Of a stretch of 64,000 bases of DNA, positions 27,001-38,600 are shown piece after piece. The position numbers and the translations under genes are program-made. Source of the DNA: Adineta vaga (Eukaryota > Animalia > Rotifera); assembly GCA_021613535.1 (NCBI GenBank), contig CP075492.1, forward strand, positions 10,416,001 to 10,480,000, given 5' to 3'. How positions within the stretch are numbered: the first letter of the stretch is position 1; every line of letters begins with the position of its first letter. The notes under the pieces were generated by a model. The model was not told the DNA's origin and made no database searches. It worked only from the letters and a program-made list of their open reading frames with translations.

Positions 27001-30000
27001 AAAGGTAAGATTGTATTTCACTATAGTTCTAATAAGTGAACAAACGATGAACATAGATCGAACATCGGATGATCTAAGTGATGCAGTTATCTTAATCTGT
27101 GAAAAAGGTACAAATGATTCTCAATTATTTCTTGCTGCACTTGATACACTTATGTCGATTGTTACTGATCCAATATGTCAATTACGTACGTACATCAATC
27201 AATAAAGTAATCAGATATCAAATGAATCGTTTGGGTTTTTTTTGTCGTTTAGCAATTGAAGTTTGGAAAAAAGTTCTGAAACGTTTATGTACTTTTATTG
27301 ATACACAATTACATCTTGGTCATACGCATCATACACGTGAAATGCATTCAACATGTGTAGCTACTTATAATACATTAGTAACATTAATTATTGAACGACC
27401 AACATTACTTGATGATCCAGAAAATCTATTTGAATTATGTGAAATTATTGAATTAGGTATATCAGGTGAAAAAGCTCAAGTAAGAAATGATTTATTGATT
27501 CTTTTATCTTTCAAATGAATCTTGGTTTTCTTTCTTTAGTCATCAGAAAAAATTGTTTATAAAAAATACAAAGAACAACATCCCGCATCCCAACGTGTTG
27601 CTGAAGCTGCTGAATATTTAATGTGTGTTCTATTTGAACACAAAGTAAGATGAATTCATCGAAATATTGACAATAAATTATTCCGCGTGTAGACCATAAA
27701 TCGTATAACAAATATTTCTCAGCGTTCAGTAACAGGAGCATGTTTCCATGCTGAAATAACTGGTGATATATTAAATGAAGAGGTTTTTAATACACACTTT
27801 TAAAAAAAACAACGTGCTGCTCTAGTTTTTCAATCCGATTTCTTAGTATACACATTGATTGATTTGATTACGCTTTTATTTTTTGATAAATAATCGCTTT
27901 TTTACATAGTAATTCTCTTCGAAAGATTAAACATTTGGTTTATTTTTTAGGCGGTTTTACATTTGAAGAATGATATATGTAGAAATTGGTTGGATGAAAC
28001 GACATTCACCAATTTAATGACATCAACACGTTTTAAATATTTTGCTGTTAATGATAATACATTATTTGCAATTAGTGAACTACCAATTAATATGAATAAT
28101 GGTTAGAGACGAAAGTTATAGATAGTTTTCTACATAATCATTTGAAATTGAATAGGTATGCCAGCAATAATTCTTCTTTGTCGAGGATTATTTGGTAAAA
28201 ATGTTTGGACATTAAATTTTCGTCATATTCCAATGTCAAATGCATCAATACAAAGAAATCGAGTAAATATTGGTTAGGTTTTACTTCATTGGAAAAAAAA
28301 TTCTTTTCGAATTATTAGTCACATGAACGAACACTCAATGAAACTGACAAAAGTATAACATCATCAACGACGACTTCTTCGAATGATCATAAGGATAAAC
28401 ATCATCTATCACACAGTTCACGAAATGAACGTGCAAAAAGGTAATTTTTCTAATCCTATCTTCAGTATCTCAATTTGAAAGTAAATCCAAAACCAATCAC
28501 CCTTTTCTAGCGATTCTTCTCGTCATAGCAGGTTGGTAACACTACCATACTAACCTCATTAATCTCTCTCTCTTTCTTTAACATACATTAAAACCTTTTC
28601 TTTTTATCTAATTCCTTTCAGTTATTATCATCCACCGTAAGTAATAAATAAATAAATAAATAAATAAATAAAAAGAATAAATAAACTAACTAACTGCTTT
28701 ATTCGTTGTTTGGTGAACTGGGTCTCTCTATTACCTTGAAAACTAATCTTCTTCGGATAACAACTGAATTGAATCTTTGTTGCATTGGATTTATTTTGTA
28801 TTATATTTAGTGAATTGAGTATTCCAACATTGAATTCAATTGTTAAACGCGATGAAGAAAAATTAAATGTGTTTCGAACATTAAAAACTAAACAGATTAA
28901 AATTGAAGAAAATGCTGTACAACGTGCTCAGTTTGCCGATGAAAAACCAACACCAGAATGCAAACCACCAGAGTAGAATTTTCTTGATATTTGTTCTTCT
29001 CAAGTTTTTTATCATAAATTTGATTTAGATGTCAAAAACATTTCGATAGTATTCGATTATTTCTATCACATTATGGATTTTGTTCATTAGATGCAATGAA
29101 TCATCTACTCAGTGGAAAACAATGGGTAAACAAAACGCCTTTTCTTAAACTTTTCTTTTTTTTCGAAATCTCATTATAGAATCAATCAAATACACTCGAT
29201 CAACTTCAACCAAGAATTAAATTACTTGATTCCAATGCATCATCATTTATGGATGATATTAAAACGTTAGATAAAATATCACCTACACTCTATTGTACAG
29301 GACAAATCTTTTATTTAAAACGTAATCAAAATACAATTAGTGAATCATTTTTAAATACAGTAAAAGCTTTCTTTTGCTTTTTTTTCATCAATAACGTTAT
29401 GCGTCTTTTCCTTCACGTTAGAAAACACCAGAACAATTGAATCCTGCATTTTTAACATTAGTTTCACAATTTGGATCTGTTGTTGAAATCAAACGACATT
29501 GTGGTTGGACAGGAAATGTTGAAACAAGTTGGAAAACAGTTTCTGTTGCTCAATCAAACAAAAGTCCAAAATCGAAAACATTGTACGAAGTCGATGGTGA
29601 TGATAGCATTTTGTATTGGGTTGATTTAACAACTGAAATGGCGTTTTATTTACCTCATCAATTTCCTGGTGAGTAATTGCATAGATCAATGTTAATAAGT
29701 ATTATCTCTTGATTTTAGCTGATAATCAAGGATCAGAAATGCGAATATTAATTGTTTGGTTCGAAGAATTTCGTGATGATCTTGATTCAATATTGCCTGG
29801 TTGGTATCTGAAATTAAAGAATATAACTTTCGATTTCTGAATTTTTTTAGCTTCCGAATCACAATCAAAACACCGCGATATATCTATCATTGGTATTCAT
29901 CCATTAAAGAATCGTTTACTTCGTATTTCACTTAATTCGAATGCTCAGCGGTAAATTTCTAACATCTTTTTCTTCTTCTTCTTCTTCTCATTCTCTCTTC

Positions 30001-30381
30001 GATATAGAATGCAATCAGCATGTGCTAGTATTCCATTAATTGATGGTATGGTCATCCCACTGGATATTTTGCCATTCTTTCTTCGACAAGCTGTACATAA
30101 TTTAAGCCGTCGTAAACGATTAGAAGACAGTCAAATGTTCGTGAAATCAACTAAAATTGCGTTAATATCTATCTTTCTTTTTTAATTTCAGTTCACAAAC
30201 GGCTTATTCAATTCGTAAAAATCGTCTCACTAAAATCATTGACAAATATCAAAATCGAACACATCAACATTTGGATGATTTCTTTCAAAATATCTTCTTT
30301 TCATCATCGCTACCAAAACAACAACCGACTGTCCCTCCTTCAACACCACGTACAAATTCAATGATCGTTGTGCAATCGTAG
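24040..30381 (+). CDS. RALGAPB: Ral GTPase-activating protein subunit beta, multi-exon
   Basis: LKWALEVFAFG, CANIYVEWL, LLQVFLAIGDAVL, PPGLWRTFRD...WRHRP, RPTVNSLMHLYGPW, HTREMHSTCVA, EIIELGISG, RLFLSHYG, HCGWTGNVETSWK; stop TAG 30379-30381. Confidence 0.92.
28643..28673. repeat. (AAAT)n intronic microsatellite
   Basis: Tandem aata/aaat run just after the 15-nt microexon donor. Confidence 0.85.
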
Positions 30382-31183
30382 AATGTCAGATGCTTATCAT
30401 GCATGGAAACTCGGTGGATGCACGCGTGTCTTTTTTTCTTTTCGGGCAAATAAACAGTGATTTGTGTGTTTGTGAATGCTTGTTTTGACGTAATTTAGAA
30501 ATTTCATTGCGTTTTTGCTCGTTTTTTCAATAAATATTATTAATAATAAGAAAAAAAAACAATTTGAAATATGAGATTATCATAGAAGTAATCTATTTGA
30601 TAAAGTTCAAACAGCATCAAATTGAAAATGGCATCATCCATGAAAACGCTTTTTTCTTTCCTAGTAGTATATATATGTACACACATACATCAATAAAAAT
30701 GATTCGAAATGTCAGGATGTATTCGTGAGCATAGAACAAAACATTTTGTTTTAGCTGTTGATTGGATTTCATTGTTCCGCAATTGAACACAAGTTCATCA
30801 AATGATAAAATGTAATAGATATACCTTTCTATGAAGTGTATATAAATAGGTATGTTGTTAGTCGAATCAACAGTATATTTGTTGAAATGTACGAATGTTT
30901 GTAAAGTAGAGGAGAGAGCTCTTCTTGATAATTAGATTTTATTATTAAGATAAATTGTCATGGGGATTGCTCTCTTCTCTCTTTCTTTCCTATCGTCGGA
31001 AAATAACAGGTAATTATGATTTGCTTTTTATTTATTCTCGAAAAGCTGAATAATATAGGAAGAACGATTTTATGATCAGCAGATTATATTCGGAACGCTG
31101 TCATGGAATTGCTCTCCTCTTTTGACAGCATATTCATTCATTCATTCATTCAACGAGAACATTTGTAACATTAAATATTTATT

Positions 31184-31692
31184 TTAAATAATTGTCAATT
31201 TAAGACAAAAAATAAGTAGAAAACTTGCGAATAGAGATAATTGATTTCGTCCTGATGAATTACAATAATCTGTATTACAACAATCAACAAATGCTCCTTG
31301 ACCGAAGAAATTTGATGAAGTTGAAGTACAAGTTTCCGTGCAACCTTTGACAATACGTGTTTCTCGACCAAGTACTCGAATGATATTTTTCTTTTAGGAA
31401 AAAAATGAAATTATGTTTTTTTGGATGGTGAAAATATTTTCAAGAATAAATAACTTACTACACAAACAATTTGTGCAGCTGAACACGTAACAACAGAAGT
31501 TATTGATGAAGAATTATCATGTGGATCAGGACATGGATCACAACGCCAACATTGTAATTGACTAGAACCTAGAGATTGACATAAATGTGTGTCGATTATA
31601 AAAGTATTTGTAATTAAATACATACCAGAAGTAAAGAAGAAGCTGAATAAAAGAAAAGATATCGACAAAATGTGAAAGACTATTTTGGACAT
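31184..31692 (-). CDS. Ly6/three-finger (quiver/sleepless-like) GPI-anchored protein, 3 exons
   Basis: Signal peptide; LQCWRCDPC...TCSAAQIVCV|KN...VKGCTETC...DCCNTDYCN followed by a hydrophobic GPI-signal-like tail. Confidence 0.85.
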
Positions 31693-33539
31693 AATGATTA
31701 TTTCATGAGTTGAATGTCGAAAAAATTGTGAGTGATTTCGAATGTTGTTGGAGATTTAGGGGTAGATTGTTATTCTTTATTGCACATAAAAACAAGATTT
31801 CATGTTTACATTAGACAGTTGAAAAGAAAATGGAATTTTATGAAAGAAAAACAAGAATAATCATGATCAATTAATGTACCGAATTTTGTATTTTGTTTTT
31901 GCAGAGCATTTCATCAAAAAAGATCAGCAACAATGAGATCAATGAATTCAAATGAGATGAACTAACAGAAATAATCGTATCTTTTATATTTTGAATTTAT
32001 TTCAATTTTTATTATTTTTAGTTTTGGATTGATCGATAAGAAATATTAATTTTCTCAAGAAGAAAGAAGCAGATTCTAGAATCCGTTAGAAATTAATAGA
32101 ATTAATACATCCGTGCGAGTTTAGCTAGTTTTGAATGTAGTTTGACATTTGTTAATCAGAATCTTTAAAATTTGATTTCGTTTTTGAAATAGCATTTAAT
32201 GCATTGACGTAGAAAATGAATCAAAGAGTAAATCTCCAAGACTTTTTTCTTTTATGATTAAAAAAAATAAGAGAATTCATGCGTACTAGATGCATGCATA
32301 TGTTTCCGATTGAAGAAAAACCGTAATTATTCCTCATCAAAGGATGCCTACTTATAACTAAGCTCATATAAAAGATATATTTTACATATTTTCATCAAAA
32401 ACAAACTTCTATGTGATCATGATAAGCAGTACACAAAGACGTTTTAGTCTACCTCTATACTATTAGATTCAACAAATAATTTGATTTCAGAGAATAGATG
32501 AACCATCTATTGTCTGTGTTGGTAATGTATTTTTAATTTTATAAAGATGTAGCTCTCATCTATAAATGTCATCTTTGAATAGAATAGTATATCCACGAGA
32601 GATATTATTGTCGAGCAAAGCTATCTTAATAATTAAATTTTGTAGGCTGTGTCATGTCAAACCGAAATATATTTCAGGAATGGATTGAGCTTTAATTTCA
32701 TTGTAGGAAAAATTCAAATTTGTTTAGATAGATGTTTGCTTTTACGCTTTTTAAGATCAAAATTAATTTGGTATTCTCGGATAAACTCTATTTTCTTCGT
32801 TACATTCATAAGATGAATTTCTCATCTTCGAACTTAGTATAAGAATCTATTCATTCAGTAGAAAAGATAACAACCATCTATCGCATCTCTTTTTGATTGA
32901 ATTGACTTGTCATGCAAATAGGACTTCAATACGTCACATTTTCCTCTTTTTTTCTTCTCGTCATTTCCTTTTCTACAAAAATAGAAAACCGACTTACCGC
33001 AGTTTTCTCTTTATTAATGATCGACTTCTCTCAAACGGTAACAACTCGATCAATCGATTGACAAAAACGGAAATTTTTATCATTTTATTTGCGTTGCATT
33101 AAGACAAGAACATAAAAATAACAGTTGATTTCGCCTACACATACTTAATTTTTTTGTCATAGTTCATTTTCATTCAACTAGAGTCTTCATTCATGTAATA
33201 ACAACGACTAAGTGAAGTACTGCTTGTTTTTTTAGACATCTACATAACACATATCCAATAAATAAAGCAATGTATGTAGTCTATTCGTTTCAAAGACTAC
33301 TAAACAAGCTATTAGTTGAGTTTGTATTAAGATAACACATGGATATTATTTTCCACAATCAAATCATAGATGAAAGAAAACAAATTAAAATCAAATGTTA
33401 TCCGAAGTTTATCTTTCATCTCTAGAAGGAAAATTTTCTATGAATATTAAACTAATACAAACATTTTTCTTTGATTGCTTTTTTTTCTAGTAACAGATCA
33501 GTTTATTACTGAAAGAACAACATCGAGGTGTTCATTCTT

Positions 33540-34478
33540 ATGGAAAGCAATATCATATTCGATTGTATTATCTTGACTTTTCTTTCAATTGCTTTAATTC
33601 TTTCTTTGGGAATCCTAATTCTAATTTCTATCTATTTTTGTCCATTTACAACTAATATTCCAATTCTATTAACAATGAATACGTATTTAACATTAGTTTT
33701 AACTTCGATTGCTATGTTAATTATATATGTGTATAGTTTATCCGGTGATCTTCATTCATTTATTTCTAAAAATAATCATTGGTGTCAATTACGAACTTAT
33801 TTCGTTAACGTTTGTTTTTGCTCTCTGTATTATTCATGTGTTCTTCAATCAATCTTTCGTTTATTTCGAGTTATTTTTCATCAAATTAAATTATTACAAT
33901 CAACTCAATTTTTTCTATTAGCAATACTTTTTCAATGGGTCATTTCGTTTAGTCTTATCTCGTTGAATTTAATCAATCATGATTATCAACATCTCTTGTT
34001 TCTCAATCGATGTTGGATTTCATTTGAAAATACTCGTGGACTTTTATTAACGGCATTGATTATCTACGGTTGTCCTTTACTTACCATTGTTTCAATTTAT
34101 ACATATATTGTTCGATATATTCATTACAAAACTCAATTTCAACAAAAACGACGTACAAAAATTGAAAGGGATCTATTGATTTTAAAACGTATAACACTCT
34201 TTGTATTTGTTGTTACAACCATTGGTTTACCAACAATATTGATATTACTGATTTGGATTATTAGTGGAATATTAATACCAATGGCTTATTATATTCAAGG
34301 ATTGAGTATGTCAATTGGATTGTTTATTGCATCAATTTGTTTTGCATTTATTTCGCCTCAGATACAAAATCTATTTAATCAGAAAAAACAACAGAATGTA
34401 CGTTCGTCGATAATGAATAGAAATTATCAACCAACACATTTGAGATTAAGTCAAAAAGAAACAGATGAATCTATATGA
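33540..34478 (+). CDS. Intronless rhodopsin-like 7TM receptor (orphan)
   Basis: Seven hydrophobic segments, WCQLRTY before TM3, QSIFRLFRV in place of DRY, ECL2 Cys (RCWISF), ISPQI after TM7. Confidence 0.85.
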   Translation: MESNIIFDCIILTFLSIALILSLGILILISIYFCPFTTNIPILLTMNTYLTLVLTSIAMLIIYVYSLSGDLHSFISKNNHWCQLRTYFVNVCFCSLYYSCVLQSIFRLFRVIFHQIKLLQSTQFFLLAILFQWVISFSLISLNLINHDYQHLLFLNRCWISFENTRGLLLTALIIYGCPLLTIVSIYTYIVRYIHYKTQFQQKRRTKIERDLLILKRITLFVFVVTTIGLPTILILLIWIISGILIPMAYYIQGLSMSIGLFIASICFAFISPQIQNLFNQKKQQNVRSSIMNRNYQPTHLRLSQKETDESI

Positions 34479-34549
34479 AATAAATTTTTGTTTACTTTAT
34501 ATTTTAAGAATAAAAAAACTGTGATTGCAAAATCTATTGATAAAATTCG

Positions 34550-35544
34550 TTATTGTTCCATATCATCGAATGTAGATTGAAAATTAGTGAGATCATTTGT
34601 ACGTAATTGTCGATATTCGAATTGATAGATATAATGTTCACTATTCATCAATCGTCCGAAAGCGAATTCAGAAAATGATATTTGTAGATCTTTATTTTTA
34701 CTATTTCGTCGAATGGATTTTTCATCGCGTTTACCGAGAATTCTATCAAACATGGGAATATCCATATCAAGATGTTCGATTAAAATACAAGAGAATTTGT
34801 ATTTTTGAATCAAATGACAGAGTATTGTATGCCATTGAATTGTTAAAAGTTTATTTTCTTCAATTGACATGACAGATGAAGATGTTGTAGATGTAAAATA
34901 ATCATTAATTGGTATCTAAAACACATACAAACTGATCTTTATGAAATTATTTGAAGATTTACTTGAGTACTTGAATCAATAATTAAAATAAATTGTTGTG
35001 TAGGATTTTGTATGAAACATGATTGTTCAAGACGAACTAATGTACTGATTAGATCTGTAGATGTTTGACAATCATACCTTAAATTAGATGATTGATGAAT
35101 AGATTTTATGAAATAGAAAACTAATCACCATTGAACGTATTCACTATCAAAAGGACATTCTTTATATTCTGTATCAATGTATAGAAAAGTAATAGATTTA
35201 TCATAATTAACTTTCATTTGTAATGTTGGTACTTCAGATGTATGAGAATCTTTGTTTGCTTGTGGTGAACTAAAGATAATTTCTTCAGATTTTAATGGTA
35301 ATAATAATAATTCATTTTGATATTTCATATATTCAATTGAATCTGATATGAAATTATGAAGAAAAGTTTTTGTCATCATTCGATTTTGATCTAAGAATTC
35401 AGTTAAATAATTTTGATTTTGTAAATTCTTTGGAAAGAATAGTTGATGATATCGATTAAGACGATCGATGAGAAATTGATGTTTCGTTTCATCTTGAATA
35501 GTCAATCGTTGAAATAAATCCAAAGCTGTTTCATGTTGTATCAT
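34550..35544 (-). CDS. Highly divergent XRCC2-like RAD51 paralog, 3 exons
   Basis: Exons 35544-35129, 35077-about 34964, about 34915-34550; ETALDLFQRL N-terminus, FLYIDTEY, YDCQTSTDLISTLVRLEQS...FILIIDS, ILCHLIQKYKFSCIL match remembered XRCC2 segments. Confidence 0.65.
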
Positions 35545-35609
35545 ATAAAATGAGAGAAGAAAAAAAAATTGTTATTAGGAGTTGTACTATGTTTTGTTTT
35601 TTATTATTA

Positions 35610-38600
35610 TTATTTAATATCACAAAGTAACGCAACTCCACGTAAAATCCAATGTTCTGCTATGTCATTTGATGCTAATTTAAGCATCGTTATAAAATTT
35701 AGATCTGTACGCATTGGTTTCTTATAAACTGGACACATGTAAATATAGGGTGCAAGGGCTACTTGATCATTTCGTTTTCCTCGAAATGATAATTGATTTA
35801 ATTGAAGTTTTTTATTGGTAATCATTGTATTTGGTTGATTTGTTGTTATCGATGGATTAATAGCAAAGATGTGAATAACAGGCATTTGAATATAAACAAT
35901 TTTGTTTTGTGATTCATGTAAACGAGTGTTTTTTCGATCCCAACCAGCACCTTCGATATAAAGACCATAAACATACACACCCTAGGGATGAAGAAATGGA
36001 TTTGAAGATTCAATTTACGACAATTTGTTTACTTCTATTGGTGCTTCGCGAATATCATCTTTATATAAACGAAGTACAGTATTATCAATAGTTACGGTAT
36101 CTAATGACCAGCCTTTATGCATTCGTGTGACTTCTTGTCGCATAGCAGTGAGAAAGCCTGCAATCATAAATATGTTTTATTCTTCACTATTAAAATTTAT
36201 TTACCATTTGGATTAAAAAATCCAGTCATCCAAAAACATTTCGGTCGACCTAGCATCACAAAAGCAATTCATCATACTAATCCAATTACTTTTTTTCTAC
36301 AAACCATAATTTAACCAATTATTATACTGTATATATCGGTCGAGTAATTCTGAAAACCAGAAACCAAGTGTACTACTTTCCCATGAATATCTTGTCTAAA
36401 AAATCAATGCTAAAGCAGTATTCATGTACAATGCTTTAAAACTTACCCAATCACTTGGTACACGACCATCATAAATCGAATCGAGAATTTGTCGAAGTGA
36501 CTAGAATTATATCTCAATATTCTATTCATTTCACTTCTTATTCTTACATCGTTCAAAATTATTATTCCATCAATGGCTAATTGCAAATCATTTAATGAAT
36601 TTCGTACAGTACGTAAAACACGATCAATTCGATGAATTTCTTGTCGTAGAAAGATAATCATTGGATTTAATATTCCCATAGCACGTAATTTCTCTCGTAC
36701 TTCATGTTGAATAAAATTAGCTGGTAATTTTGATAACATATCACTGGCAATATTATGAACAATTTTATCACGTGTTTCACCACCTGTTGTTTGTGAACTT
36801 GTTTCTTTCGGTTGAATATTAACAATTTTTTCTAGCATATATTTTGCTCGATTGGTTGAATATGTTATATTAGCATTTGGATGAAGACCAAAGATTTGTG
36901 GTGAATCAATTAATGGTAGTTTATCAATATAATCGATATAGTCATCCAATCGTTTGATATTTGGAATGAAATAATTATCATAAAATTTAAAATTTGACAA
37001 AAGTAAGGAATCAGAAAACCATTTCTATAGGAAAGAAGTTCATTGATCTAGATTGAGAAAGACAAAATTGATAATTACTTTAGCATAGGTAATCATCAAA
37101 CGACGATCGCGATCATCAGTTATTCTACCACCATATTGAATTTCTGATATCATATATCGAATTGCTTTCCACGAAATACCCTTTAATAAGAATCAAATCA
37201 AATCAAATAATCAATCAGTAAAAATTCTATACGATTTTTGGATTAATATCATCCAAATGATTTTGAATATATTGTACTGATGCTTCCCAATCAGTTTGAT
37301 TAAATTCTACATTAAAAAACAAAGATCCAAAATAACAAATAATAAGCGTTATTTACCATAAGGAATATTCCACCCCAAAGGTCCAAATTTCCGACGTTCC
37401 TAAAGAATAATATGACTTATTACTTTTTTCATACAAAAAAATATATGTACCTGTACGATACTATGAAGAAATGAAGTTGCGTATAACATAGGACGCCAAT
37501 GTGTTGTTTCAAAATATTCTAATTTATCTTGAGTAATCAAACCATAAGTACGTTTTAGACCTGCTCGTACACCTTGTGGTGGTTCATTGGTAAATTTAAT
37601 TGAAGATTGAAGAATTTGAATTGGAAATTGAGGATGAGATTCCGTTGTTAACCAACTAAAGATCAAACATATTTTTGTTCTATGAAGAAAAAAAAACAAT
37701 TACATACGCACGAAATGATGGTTCTAACGTATCGATTGTACTTAAAGCTAAAATAGTCCTCACTATAGAGTTTCAAGCGACATGTTTTTCACTATACTCT
37801 CATAGAATTCTTCTAGACAATCCAATCCTAAATGTGCATTTTGTAATAAAAGCCATCCACCTGATGTAATCGTATGTTGTAGATATCGTCGAGCTAATAT
37901 TTCTTGTCCTTGTCCCATTGATACAATAAATAATTCCACATGTTTTTTCTTTGCTAATACTTGAATGTTCGATGTTGGATCAGCACCAGATGAAAGTAGA
38001 CCAAGTAATGGCGTTCTACAATCACTTTCTTCCCATATTAATTCTAGACTAAGTACTGGAATTTCGACATATTTCTGTCCAAGACTATCTTGTATATAAT
38101 TGCATGCTTCGGATATCGTTCGATCAGGTGATATACATCGAGCAAATAGAAATCGATGAAAAGTATTTAAATTTTCATATGTTTCGGGTAAGAGTGATAG
38201 ATCAGTGGATTCTTTTTCGAACCAATCTTTAAATGCACGTTCATTCTTTTGTAACTAGAAGAAGAAGAAAAGAAAAGAATGAAATTGAAATGATTCACCA
38301 CTTGTCTAGTTTACACGATCGATCACATCATGAAATTCTTTGGTACGACTTAATTCTAATAAATTTAACCATGATAAATCATTTAACCATCGAAATGGTT
38401 TTGATGGACATGTATTTAAATCTAATGAAGCACCGCCTTTAATTAAGACCTCAAATTCATCATAACGTATCTTTCCACGACGTAAATCAATTCGTAAGAT
38501 CATTAATAATGTAAACATTAAACGATCTTCTTCATATAAACCACGTGTTGTATAAAACCATGTTCGATACGTTAAATAATCATTAATATTTTGAATACGT

